Origin: the human T2T-CHM13v2.0 reference genome, Homo sapiens
Assembly (NCBI RefSeq): GCF_009914755.1
Contig: NC_060933.1
DNA: 64,000 bases
Reading direction: 5' to 3' (one strand)
The notes under the pieces are model-generated. The model ran no database searches. It was not told the origin of the DNA and worked only from the letters and a program-made list of their open reading frames with translations. Position numbers and translations under genes: made by a program. Each line of letters begins with the position of its first letter. Position 1 is the first letter of the stretch. Positions 14,348-27,358 of the stretch are shown here, one piece after another.

Positions 14348-16450
14348 TGGAAATCAATTTTTTAAATAGTTGACAAAGATCTTTCCAAAACAATTTTCCC
14401 CACAAATCCGAGGCAAACAACTCCCATTTTGTCTCTTGTCCATGAACACAACATGAAATTGTGAAACTGGTTTCAGTTAGAGATGAGTTTCTGAAACTAG
14501 CCCACGAGGCACATGTAGATCAGAAATCAGAAGTTTATGCAAACATCTACAGTGTGTGCAGCTGTCTGCAGATGACACTGACAAAGGCCCTAAGACCTAC
14601 TATCTTCTCCCTTCCACCTTCAACAACTTCCCTTGTTATGCTCTTATTACAACGTGTTTACCTACAAACATAAAACAAAGGTATACTAGGATTCTAACAT
14701 AAAAGTTTGCATCTCTCTATATTTAAGCTGGCCTAAGTTACTATTAATTTATGTCCACTTGTTGATTCATTACTCATTTTGTAAGAGTCTATAAGAAGAT
14801 ATAGGCCTGAGTCTTTTTGAGTGAGGCTAAAGCTCCCAAAGACAGAGTAGGCCGTAAAGAGGAGAGAGAGAGGCAGGGAAAATGCTGTGTGTCCACTATC
14901 ATTTCTACAGATCACTGCAGAGCTATAATTATCTATAATACTGAAAGCTTCAGAAGGAGAAATTTCAGATCACTTTTACAAAACCTCTAGGACTAGAATT
15001 ATCTGCAATACTTATAAAGATTTCAGCAAAAAAAAAAATCAGACAAAAACCATCTTTTTCTTTTGGCATAGCTAAGCCTGAAGCCTTGTGAATCTCAGCA
15101 TGTACGTGTTGCTTAATTGTTGTGAGGGAGAAAATGAGGTCCAAAGACTGTCACATTTCAGCTTTCTGGGGAGTAGAGACGTCAATTCACATCAGCAAAA
15201 GATAAAGAGGTCACCTCTCAATCTGAGAGAACATCTCACCTTTCTGGGCACTCTGTAGATATGGCTCCCGGGAGGGTTGTGTTTTGGTTCTGGACGCATT
15301 ATATTACAGCTACAGGAATTACATGTTGTGTTATTGCCTTTCATCACTAAAGGAAACCCAACATTTCCCTAATGGGAAACAATTGCCTCGGGAGTGGGCT
15401 CCGACAACTTTATTGTGCTGAGGAATGTAGCTGTGCTCAACCTGTAATTACAATGACACAATAAACCTTGGCAAACGCCAGAGCAACCTTTGTTGTTGCC
15501 ATGCATGCCTTCTGTCTGTTCTACCAGTGCTCCTGGGGACGTGCTTCCTCACATGCTTCAAATGCCCCATAAACAGAGCAGCCAGAGTCCTTATTTAAGT
15601 AGATGGACCCAGGCCCACCCTGGACTTATTACGTCAGAATCTCCAGGGAAGGACCGGAGAATTCAAGGTGGACATTTTTACTATTCACCAGTTTGGGAAA
15701 TGTTGAGGGATCCCTGAAGTCCCTTTGAGGTCTAACTGCGCATGATAATCTCAGCTCATTGATCTCAATAAGATAAAAAATAAAGTAAACAAACAAACAA
15801 AAAACAGGTAAATGAGAGTGACCCAAAAACACTTTTCAAAACACAGATTCCTTTTTCCTACAACCCTTGGTCATACTGAGATCTCTAAGGGCACTGGGTC
15901 TATTTGTGCTTTGAAATGACCTCCAGATTTGAGACAGCCTGTGATGGCAGCTCATATCTGGTGCTCATTTATAGAGCACCCATCATTTATTTATTTGGAA
16001 ACTTTTGAGTGTTTATACTGTTCCCTACCCTCACATGTTTCCTATCCAATAAAACTACCATCACATAGTAGAGTTTTAAGCTCCACAGATAATAGAATAA
16101 GATATTACAAGTTTCTTGACCTCATGACACAATCTGGTTAGAAAAGCAAGAAAAATTCCTTAAAGTCAAGTAAAAGTGCATGTCAATCACATAAAAAATA
16201 TTCCAAAGGAGCATGTGGTTGAGGGTTAAATAGCAATATAACCAACAGGTGCCTTGAAAAGGAGACTTGACTATGTGAAGCTGCTCTCAGAAGAAAATGT
16301 ATAAATTAATAAAAGCATGAATCATTTATCCTGGAAAAGTTAAGTTACCTTGTTTTTGTTGGAACACTTTGTTGTATTGCTTTTGAAATGAAATTTATGT
16401 ATCCTTTGCAAATAAAGAACTTAAATATACAATATTTTGCATGAATGTCA

Positions 16451-17914
16451 AGTCAAGACAATCCTAAGCAAAAAGGACAAAGCTGGAAGTGTCACGCTAC
16501 CTGACTTCAAACTATACTACAAGGCTACAGTAACCAAAATAGCATGGTACTGGTACCACAACAGATGTATAGACCAATGGAGCAGAGTAGAGGCGTCAGA
16601 AATAATGCCACACATCTACAACCATCTGATCTTTGACAAACCTGACAAAAACAAGCAATGGGGAAAGGATTCCCTATTTAATAAATGGTGTTGGGAAAAC
16701 TGGCTAGCCATATGCAGAAAACTGAAACTGGACCCCTTCCTTACTTCTTATACAAAAGTTAACTCAAGATCGATTAAAGTCTTAAATTTAAGACCTAAAA
16801 CCATAAAAACCCTAGAGGAAAACCTAGGCAATACCATTCAGGACATAGGCGTGGGAAAAGACTTCGTGTCTAAAACACCAAAAGCAATGGCAACAAAAGT
16901 CAAAATTGACAAATGGAATCTAACTAAACTAAAGAGCTTCTGCACAGCAAAAGAAACTAGCATCAGAGTGAACAGGCAACCTACAGAATGGGAGAATATT
17001 TTTGCAATCTATCCATCTGACAAAGGGCTAATATCCAGAATCCACAAGGAGCTTAAACAAATTTACAAGAAAAAGCAAACAACCCCACCACAAAGTGGGC
17101 AAAGGGTATGAACAGACACTTCTCAAAAGAAGACATTTATGCAGCCAACAAACATATGAAAAAAAGCTCATCATCACTGGTCATTAGAAAAACACAAATC
17201 AAAACCACAATGAGCTACCATCTCATGCCAGTTAGAATGGCGATCATTAAAAAGTCAGGAAACGACAGATGCTGGAGAGGATGTGGAGAAATAGGAATGC
17301 TTTTACACTGTTGGTGGGAGTGTAAATTAGTTCAATCATTGTAGAAGACAGGGTGGCAATTCCTCAAGGATCTAGAACCAGAAATAACATTTGATCCAGC
17401 CATCCCATTACTGAGTATATACCCAAAGGATTATAAATCATTCTACTATAAAGACACATGCATACTTTATGTTTATTGCAGCACTGTTCACAATAGCAAA
17501 GACTTTGAACCAGCCCAAATGCCCATCAATGATAGACTCGATAAAGAAAATGTAGCACATATACACAATGGAATACTGTGCAGCCATAAAAAAGGATGAG
17601 TTCATGTCTTTGCAGGGACATGGACAAAGCTGGAAACAATAATTCTCAGCAAACTAACACAGGTACAAACACTGCATGTTCTCACTCATAAGTGGGAGTT
17701 CAACAATGCAAACACATGGACACAGACAGGGAGGGGAACATCACACACTGGGGCCTGTCAGGGAGTGGGGGCTAGGGGAGGGATAGCATTAGGAGAAATA
17801 CCTAATGTAGATGATGGGTTGGTGGGTGCAGCAAACCACCATGGCACGTATATACCAATGCAACAAAACTGCACGTTCCGCACATGTATCCCAGAACGTA
17901 AAGCATAATACAAA
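16451..17914 (+). mobile_element. 5'-truncated LINE-1 (L1PA7-like), 3' ~1.45 kb
   Basis: ORF2 3' region plus 3'UTR GGGGCTAGGGGAGGGATAGCATTAGGAGAAATACCTAATGTAGATGA. Confidence 0.93.
16452..17344 (+). pseudogene. L1 ORF2p C-terminal remnant (frameshifted)
   Basis: ORF 16437..17111 ([29 protein letters not shown]) and ORF 17108..17344 ([18 protein letters not shown], cysteine-rich CCHC region); no endonuclease or RT domain. Confidence 0.92.
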
Positions 17915-18798
17915 TATATATTTTCTGAGTTAAAAGCAAAAAAATAGCTATTTACTAGAACTGTACAATAGGGTATGATTCTATATTTAGACACATACAC
18001 CCTATGAATATTTTAACCAAGAATTTATACAAGTGCATATACATTGGTATTACTGTAGGAAAGTATGAAAAATCCTCTTGAAAATGATCTAACAAAAAGG
18101 TTCTATTTCAGAATATTGTGGTTACAAACAATTTTCACTTTTTACATTTTTATTTGTTTTTCAAAGGTGTGAATTTCTTCTGCAGTTAGACACAGATTAT
18201 GACTAAAAAACAAGTGGCTTTTATGTAGATTCATAGTCAATATCATAGTCATTTATTTTAAAAAGCTGCCCAGGGCTTGTTAAGTTGCTGTCAAGATGAA
18301 GCACTAGGGGATCAGCATGTTCAGGTGAAAAGGTGCTGCTCAGGGAAGAGGTGAGAGGAGGCTGCAGGTGCTGTGTGCTGACTTACCTGAGCTAGCACAG
18401 ATGCAGCACACGGCTCACACACTACCTCTTATGGCATTATCACTACCCAATCTGCCATTAGCGCATCCAATTAATGGCAATAGATTAAATTGTATAGCTC
18501 CCTCCACCACCACAATCTGCAACCAAAACCATCCGGGGGACATCCTAAGCTCTCAAAAGGATCTTTATGGGGAAGAGATTTGTTGAGGGCCAAGAGCTGA
18601 GCTCCATGCCTTTGAGGATGAGAATTCTGGGGTCCTGGGTGCCTTTTAAAGTGATCTGGGAGAGGTAGGCTCTGGGAGCGTATGTCCTGTTGGCATCACC
18701 AACTCCCAGCGCTGTAAGGAGTCGCAGAACCAGAAGAAGGCCAGAGGAGAGACCTTGAAAGTGTGGGATCCCAAGCAGATATCTCAGGTATCCAAGTC

Positions 18799-19522
<724 letters not shown>

Positions 19523-20436
19523 CCGAGCCCAGCACTGGCACAGCCACTCTCACTTTGTTTACAGTCTGGCAACTCCTATACAAACTGAAAAAATTGCAAA
19601 TTGAAAAAATGACTAGGATCCCCATTAACCAGAGGCTAACAGGATTCAGATAAACATAAAATTCCTAACACTTTGCAACAAGTAATAGTTCACCTCTGTT
19701 TTCCACCCTCAAAATAATCAGCATTCATGTCTGTTTTGCAAATGGGTCTTGAGAAAGATCCCCTTCTTATACATGCATTATTCCAATCTTTGAATTCTAA
19801 ATTCATCCTAAAATAAGTGGGATTGGTGACCAAAATGACATCCAATTCCAGTTCACTATCTGCCTGCAAACGTGTTGTTTTCATCAAAGCACAAAGGCAC
19901 CAGAGTCTATTGTAAAATGGCATTGATATTATCTAATTCACAAGACTGTTGTAAAAATTCAGAAAGGTGATGCATGAATACAATTTGTAAAATATGAAGT
20001 ACGCTTCAAATATTATTTAGAAATAATATTATTACATCGTTTGCAGATGCAATCAATGGCTCAGGGATTTCTGTCTAACGAAGTCTTGGGGCAGTAGCAG
20101 CATATTGGGTGTGTGAAAGAGGAGAATTCTTCTCTTGACATCATATTTGCATAGCAGCTGCACTGTTTCCTCTTCATGATTTATTTGGAATGACTGGTGA
20201 GGTCTGATGGAGACTGGTGGAGCTAAAATTCCCTAAGGCATTCTGTTGTACCATGCTGTGTTCAGAGTCCTTCATTAAGAAAAAGCAAACCAAATAAGAA
20301 TAACAAAACAAACAAAACAGCAAACCCTTCTTATATAACAAATTATGCCTAAAAACCAAATACATATGTGTGTGTGGGGGGCGTATACACATGAGCAAAT
20401 AAACAAAAGCATATACATATACAAATATACATTTGC

Positions 20437-20446
20437 ATATATATAC

Positions 20447-20477
<31 letters not shown>
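20437..20477. repeat. (TA)n(CA)n compound microsatellite
   Basis: Direct reading. Confidence 0.9.
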
Positions 20478-22263
20478 TCAAGGAGATGTCCTCTTAAAAC
20501 AAATGTGTTAGGGCAGAATCATAAATTATGTTCATTTTGAACACCAAAATCTCAGGAATCATTAATAATTAATAATCTATTCTGTAAAAATATCAAAAAG
20601 AATGAGAATGACTAGACTGAACCTATATTTTTAAATGAGAACTTGTAAATGCATTTTACTAAAATGATAAAAGCAGCATTAACATGTATAAATCAAATCA
20701 TATATAATCTCTTTTGTTTTCCTGGGATTAATATTGTCTGCCTAAGGACTGAGCATAAAAATGAAGCACTTGAGCTAAATATGATCAGAAGAGATTTCCA
20801 TCCCTATGCTACTCACATCCTCTGTGTTGAATGCCAAGAAGTGCCATGTTCATGTCCATGCAACCCTACAGTGTGCAGGAGACTTCATGATATCAATGCT
20901 CCCATGCCTATTCTAAGGTAGTCTTGGTAACTCTACCTGTGATTCCTTAAGGGCCATACTTATTTAAATATAGTCCTCAAAGTATTATTCCTTCCAAATT
21001 GCATGTAAAAATAGTTCTTAAAGTCTTATTCTTTCCATAGAGTTTCTTGTTCCTGGTTCACTACTGCATAAGTCCATTCAATCAGGACCACAGGAAATCT
21101 GACTTCCCAGTGTGCCCTGAAACACACTGCTCATGCTTATTTCCAGCCAGCATTAGCTCAGTTCTGTTTATTTCCCCTCAACAGCTTTCTAGACTATTCA
21201 CTATCAGATATTTGCTCCATGTGGCTTAAGGATTTGTTCTGTGGTTGGAGAATCTCTCCTTTTGGCTTTCCTTCCTTCTGCTTTCCTGCACACCTAAATT
21301 TAAAAAAGGGAGAGAAGGAGCATGGAGAGATTGGATCTACTTCCAAGTAAGTGATCTGAAAGGACTTCCTCCTGGTACAGAGGTTATATAACATAATGCT
21401 TCCTATATATGATTTGCAAGTATCCTTCCCAATCTCAGAAATGTATTGCTTATGCTTTCCCATGGTTCTCTGTGGGAGTCTCCAAACACCCTTCAGAGGA
21501 CAGAAGACATTAAATCTTTAGCAGACATTTATAATTTAGCCCAATTAGCCTATCAGTTCTTCCCTTGTAACGGAGCATACTAAGCTAGCTGAGAAGAGGC
21601 TGAGCCAAAAATTCAGTCGCCAAGTTGAAAGCCACTTTTGCCATAATGCACACATGCCTTCCTAAAGTCACTAAGTGAAAGCTGCAGGGCAGATGGGAAA
21701 ATGGGGTTATTGGCACAACACTCCATGACTGCCAGTGACACATAAAAAGACAGAAAGCTAATAACAATAGTAACACAGTTTTTCCATGCTATACAGTTAA
21801 GATGTACAAAAGCGTTATAGTACCCATGGCATCTCACCTTGAAAAAGACCTAACTAAGCCTTGCTTGTGGCTATGCTGCTCTTATGTCTTGTGTGCCAGA
21901 GGAAGAAAACAAAAGAGAGAGCAAGAAAGAACAGAGGATGGATAGAACTAGGACAGGAGGAAAGAGGGAAAATTAGAGTGGGCAGAGGGTGTGGACTACA
22001 GCCTGGAGCCACTGAGCAGTAATGAAGGGCTACTGGTGGCCCCGAGCTGCAAGGCCGGAGGTGCACAGTGCTCAGGGAGCCAGGGTGTGTTGGAAATGCA
22101 GGCAGGAACCTTAGATTCCTGTTCAGTGCCAGTCAGCTGGTGTTTGTTTCTGGCATCCGTCTTGTAAATCATAGTAAAAGCAAATTCAAAGCCCACTTAC
22201 ACCCAGTTGTATACCTCATAGTTACTTAAATGTTACCTAACATACCTAAGCATGTGTACCTCA

Positions 22264-22680
22264 TAGTCATGTTTTGGTTAATGACAGACCATATATATGA
22301 CAGTGGTCCCATAAGATTATAATACTGTATTTTTACTGTATCTATCTTTAGATATATTTAGATGCACAAATATTCCCATTGTGTTACAGTTGCCTGCAGT
22401 GTTTAGCACAGCAACATGCTTTGCAGGTTTGTAGCCTAGAAGCAAGAGGCTACATCATGTAGCCTACTTGTGTAGGAGGCTACATCATGTAGCCTACTTG
22501 TGTAGGAGGCTACATCATGTAGCCTACTTGTGTAGGAGGCTACATCATGTAGCCTACTTGTGTAGGAGGCTACACCATCTAGGTTTGTGTAAGTGCATTC
22601 TGCAGTGGTCACACAATGATGAAATCACCTAACGACACATGTCTCAGAACGTGTCTGCATCGTCAAGCGATGCATGACTG
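22264..22680 (+). mobile_element. Tigger3 (Tigger3a/Golem-type) DNA transposon
   Basis: GGTCCCATAAGATTATAATACTGTATTTTTACTGTA; terminus AAGCGATGCATGACTG|TA. Confidence 0.88.
22446..22574. repeat. Perfect 30-bp minisatellite, 4.3 copies (GAGGCTACATCATGTAGCCTACTTGTGTAG)
   Basis: Four identical units starting at 22446, 22476, 22506 and 22536, plus a 9-nt partial unit. Confidence 0.97.
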
Positions 22681-22733
22681 TACATCAGTCCCACTGGCAC
22701 AAATTTGAGCTTTCATGGCAAGCGCAGGTGACT

Positions 22734-23181
22734 TGGCAAACACTCTTTCCTTTGACCAGAACTTGAGTCAACCTTGTGAGTTCTTTCCAAGAGACTTGAC
22801 CTTGGGCTTCCCTCTCTGTCTTGTTGAATCCAGTTTGATCAGGAATCCTGCGAAGTCAGTTCAATAAAGACACCTCACCCTTAGTATCTCACTACACTGT
22901 TTGTACCTGATCACCCTGGCCTGCCTTCAGCAAGAATCCCATTGAGTCGGTGGGATTCTTACTTCTTACTTCTTACTCTTGGTGTTTTTCTACATCACTT
23001 CCCACCCCTTGACCCCACCCTGCTGCTTGGCTAAAAGCCCCCTTGTCTTTGTTGAAGTTGGAGTTGAGTCCAATCTCTCCTCCACTGCACAACCCTGTTG
23101 CTGTGTTCCCCATCGCTGTGGCCTGCTTGGATCAAGTCTGTCTTACCATCTCCAACAAGGGTTGGGAATAATTGTTTTCAA
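22734..23181 (+). mobile_element. MER31-like ERV1 solo LTR
   Basis: CCTGGCCTGCCTTCAGCAAGAATCC; GGAGTTGAGTCCAATCTCTCC; ~450 bp. Confidence 0.72.
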
Positions 23182-24031
23182 GGGACCGTATTTGAGAGAT
23201 GAGCCCAGGAAGGTCTGAGAGGTGGGCAGAGTAGGAAGCCCAGACTTGCGGGGGGCAGTTAATGAGAAAGTTACATTTTAGGGCTGTGGGGGCTGTGGAG
23301 CACCTGTAAGACTGATCCCAGCCAGGAGCTAGCAAGATACAGTTCCTGCCCTGCACTATTGGAGGGCATTTCCAGCTTGCTGTGGATGGGTTGGAGGGGG
23401 ATCAGTCAGCAAAACAAAGCTCTCACTAGGAGCCCCAGGTGCTGAGAACTGAATGCCCAGAAGACAAGGGCAGAGCACTTGAAGCCTATTTTGGTCCCCA
23501 AAGGAGATCTGTGACCAATAAGGACACACTCCTCCCCCAGTATGCAGTTTTGGGCTCATCTTGAGTTCCAACAACTGGACTTCTTCCCAGCCCACACCTG
23601 CTGAGTATATTCAGCAACTAATCCTCCCAGGGCCTGTGCCTAGTCCCTCCCCAAGGCCCACCCCATCACCCTTCCCCAAGCAGTGTGATTACCTTGCCCT
23701 GATTGACAATGTGCAGTTACACTTTAATGTGGCGTTTGCTTAAATTTTATGCACATTTAGTTTAAATGTGAGCAGCTTCAGCAATAATTTGAAAGAATTG
23801 TGTTCCACTAAAATGGAGAGCCTGCTGGGGTTTCTTGCAAAAATTTGCATTAAATAATCAAAAGTACTTTAGAGCTCTGCCAGCTGCTTCAATATTAAAA
23901 GTTCAGAGGAATAATGGTAGGTTTAAAGACAAAAACACCTAGTTTATATGAGATGGAACTTTTCTTACAAAAATTACAAGAGTAGATTTTGAAAGGAAGT
24001 GAGGGACTTTTTGACAAACTTCCTTAGTGGC

Positions 24032-24331
24032 TTTTTTTTTTTTTTTTTTTTGACAAAGTCTTGCTCTGTCTACCAGGCTGGAGTGCAGTGGCGCCATTTC
24101 AGCTCACTGAAACCTCTGCCTCCCGGGTTCAAGTGATTCTCATGCCTCAGCCTTCTGAGTAACTGGGATTACAGGCACCTGCCACCACACTCGGCTAATA
24201 TTTGTATTTTTAGTGGAGATGGGATTTTACCATGTTGGCCAGGCTGGTCTCGAACCCCTGACCTCAAATGATTTACTCACCTCGGCCTCCGTAAGTGCCG
24301 TAATCACAGGTGTAAGCCACCACATCCAGCC
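24032..24331 (-). mobile_element. AluS (Sx/Sz-like)
   Basis: T20 tail and full dimeric body. Confidence 0.94.
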
Positions 24332-25444
24332 TTCCCTGGCATTTTTAATTGCCTAAACCCTACCTCCCGCTGCCTCCACCATCTTGAAACAAACCGCACA
24401 TTCATTTTTGTCCACAAGTATATCCCGTATTAATAGAATCAAAGGCTGAGACCTTTAGCATTATTTACACATAAGAGATATGCTTAGAACAGTACTCAAA
24501 AAAATGTCATTTGAGGGAATTCAGGGCTACTATTTACCATTTGTATAAAATTTTAAATCAACCACCAAAGGGTAAAGCAATTACATGAATTGAAGTCCAA
24601 CTCAGTTGCGACCCTATGCTTCAGAACTCCCCTGGGTCTCCCAGGCCGTTCTTAATGAGGCAAAGGGACGTGGTGAGCAGCAGAAATGTCGGTCAGCGGC
24701 AGCTTCTCAATTCCGGTGGTATCTCGGGAAACGCTGAGTTAGCTGAACATTAACATGTACATCAAGTCTGGGAGGTTCAAAATCAGTTTGCTCTGCAATT
24801 CAATTTTATAGAATCATTAATGGTGAAGGGCAAAAAAACCCTTCATCTTACATTTTAAAAAATTTATCAAGATTTGGGGATATTTTAATAATAGCTCAAT
24901 ATTACAGGGAAAGGACTAAAGAAATGTAACAGTGCCTTTAAAACAAGCTTTCCCCCAAGAAAAAATATAAAGGCAAAATGTGGCTTGGGGCATCCCTGGT
25001 TGTTTATGCTCAGCCATCTGAAATTTATCAAGGCTAAGGGGCAGCAGCAGAACCTTGGAGGCTCCTTTCTGCAGAGGGTTGGGTTTCAGGCAGCCCTGTA
25101 CAGAACGGCTCATACCGTGCCCTGGGCCTCTACTCCCAGATCCTTTTAAAGATCCTCCATGGCTTCATTTGCCTTCACAGCTTCAGACTCTGGTTTCTAG
25201 ATACAATGCATTTTTTTTTTTTTCCTGAAGCGTGTTTGAATAATGCAGATTTGAGTACTGAGAGTGCCTGTGCTGAGAGAACCCTCTGGTAAGCTGCTGG
25301 GACAGACTGAAGTGGGGCTCTGCGGAAGACCAGGTATAAACAGGGAATGTAGCAAAGAGCGATAATAAAGGAAAGGATAACATAGGAACGGATCAGGAGT
25401 GACTCCACAGAGCATCTTAAGCCATGAAAGTCTTGCCTTTTAGA

Positions 25445-26182
25445 ATTTAAATAGTCTTCTTTCTTTTTTTTTCTTAAGCTAAAAATTTGTCAATTTTGTT
25501 GACCTTTTCAAAGAGCCAACCCTTGGTTTCACTTATTTTCTTTATTGTTTTTCTCTCCTCTGTTTTTTGTTTGTTTTTTTGTTTTGTTTTTGTTTTTTTG
25601 TTTTTGTTTTGAGATGGAGTCTCACTCTGTCACCCAGGCTGGAGTGCAGTGGCAGCGATCTTGGCTCACTGCAACCTCCACCTCCTGGTTCAAGTGATTC
25701 TCCTGCTTCAGCCTCCCGAGTAACTGGGATTACAGGTACACGCCACCACGCCCGGCTAATTTTTTTGTATTTTTAGTAGAGACGGGGTTTCGCCGTATTG
25801 GCCAGGCTGGTCTCGAACCTCAAGTGATCCACCTGCCTCGGACTCCCAAAATGCTAGGATTACAGGCGTGAGCCACCGCACCCAGCCCCTGTTAGTCCTT
25901 CTTGTTCTAATTCCTTACATTTTAAAGTTGTTGATTTAACACCTTTTTTTAAATGTAAGCATTTATGGTGATAAATTACCCCCTTAGTACTGCTTTTGCT
26001 GCATTCCGTGAGTTTTGTCATGTTGTCATTTCATTTTTATTTATCTCAAGATATTTTCTAATTTCTCTTACGATTTCTCCTTTGACTCATTTGTTGTTTA
26101 AAAGTATGCTTTTTAATTTTTACATACTTGTGGATTTTCCCATTTTTCTTCTGTTTTTGGCTTTCTAGTTTTATTCCTCTCT
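25445..26182 (-). mobile_element. Old L1M ORF2 fragment (contains an Alu)
   Basis: TTTTCAAAGAGCCAACCCTTGGTTTC; TACTGCTTTTGCTGCATTCC; TTTCTAGTTTTATTCC antisense L1 motifs. Confidence 0.8.
25562..25887 (-). mobile_element. AluS
   Basis: (TTTTG)n tail; dimeric body; 7-nt deletion in the B-box region. Confidence 0.94.
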
Positions 26183-26232
26183 GACTTTTTGAAAACAACT
26201 AGTAATCCAGACAATATATTTTTTAAAAATCA

Positions 26233-26900
26233 GAGACTTCTGGTCCAGACAAGATGGTACAGACTGGTTTCTCCCCCTGCTCCTTGCAATGCACAACCGT
26301 AGACCCTGGAAATGGCACCAGACAAGCACGGCAGGACTCTGAAAGGGAGAAACAGGACAGCAGACTGGTTGGGGACTCCAGGACTGGCCCAACAGCATAA
26401 GCATCTTCTAAAAGAAGAAGGCCAACTCCCACGTACAGCAGAGGCCATCTGAGCAGGCTTATTCCTACACCAATGGAAGAAGACTCCATCAGACACCACT
26501 GGCAAGTGGAGTGGTTTGGGGACCCACCAGAAATACATGCCCAGTGGAGACATGTTCCTCCCAATCTGGGCCTGAAACTCCCTTTTCTGAAGAAAGATAA
26601 CTGGGAAGGCAGGTGAAATCAGGAGGAGGGGCACAGCCATAGCAAGGTGCGTGACTGGGGAAGCTGCTCTGTCCCCATTGGCCTTGAGACTCTCCTCCAT
26701 TGCCCAGAGACAGCAGGTCTGCCTGTGGATAATGGCAGGGGGAGTAGCACCACACTCATGTCATTCCTGGTTGTGACATACTCCTGCTTTGCAAAATGTC
26801 ATCGTTTGGGAAAACCGAGCAGACAGTACAAGAAATTTCTCTGTTTTATTTCTTATAGCTACATATGAATTAACAATTATCTCAAAAATTTCAACCAAAA
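26233..26900 (+). mobile_element. L1M 5'-region fragment followed by an L1MD/MC 3'-end fragment
   Basis: GACTTCTGGTCCAGACAAGATGG start; TTTCTCTGTTTTATTTCTTATAGCTACATATGAATTAACAATTATCTCAAAA end. Confidence 0.5.
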
Positions 26901-26992
26901 GAGTATAAAGAGTGGGAAGGGCAACCAGGCTCCAAAATCAAGGAAAGAAAGCAAAGGATGGAAATAAGCCATTACATAAAATATTCATTCTA

Positions 26993-27358
26993 GGCCAGGT
27001 GGGGTGGTTCACACCTATAGTCCCAGCACTTTGAGAAGCCTTAAGAAGGAGACAGAAAAGCTGTAAGTATTGGAACAAATAAAAGGGAGGATCGGTTTAC
27101 TCCAGGAGTTCCAGTCCAGCATGGGCAACATAGAAACACCTCATCTTTACAAAAAAATTTAAAAATTAGCCAGACATGGTGGTGCTCACATGTAGTCCCA
27201 TCTACTTGAGAGGCTGAGAAGGGAGGGTGGCTTGAGTCCAGGAGCTCAAGGCTTCAATGAGCTATGATCACATCACTGCACTCCAGCTTGGGTGACAGAG
27301 CAAGACACCGTGTCAAAAAAAAAAAAAAAAAAAAAAGAAAAGAAAAAAAGAAAAGAAA
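26993..27358 (+). mobile_element. AluJ with ~44-nt non-Alu insert in the left arm
   Basis: AluJ-type right arm (GAGCTATGATCACATCACTGCACTCC); long A tail; foreign segment at 27041-27084. Confidence 0.88.

Noticed and set aside
16437-17344. 224-aa and 78-aa ORFs as a functional gene
   Set aside because: They are the frameshifted C-terminal part of L1 ORF2p in a 5'-truncated copy with no promoter, endonuclease or RT domain.
21625-21870. Possible ancient Tigger-like fragment
   Set aside because: The resemblance was too weak to support a call without a profile search.
22446-22574. CRISPR-like array (30-bp palindromic repeats)
   Set aside because: The units are head-to-tail with no unique spacers, there are no cas genes, and the array lies within a Tigger3 in primate DNA. 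It is a minisatellite.
26171-26868. Cluster of overlapping ORFs up to 156 aa
   Set aside because: Falls in a moderately GC-rich L1M 5'-like fragment; the peptides have no recognisable homology.
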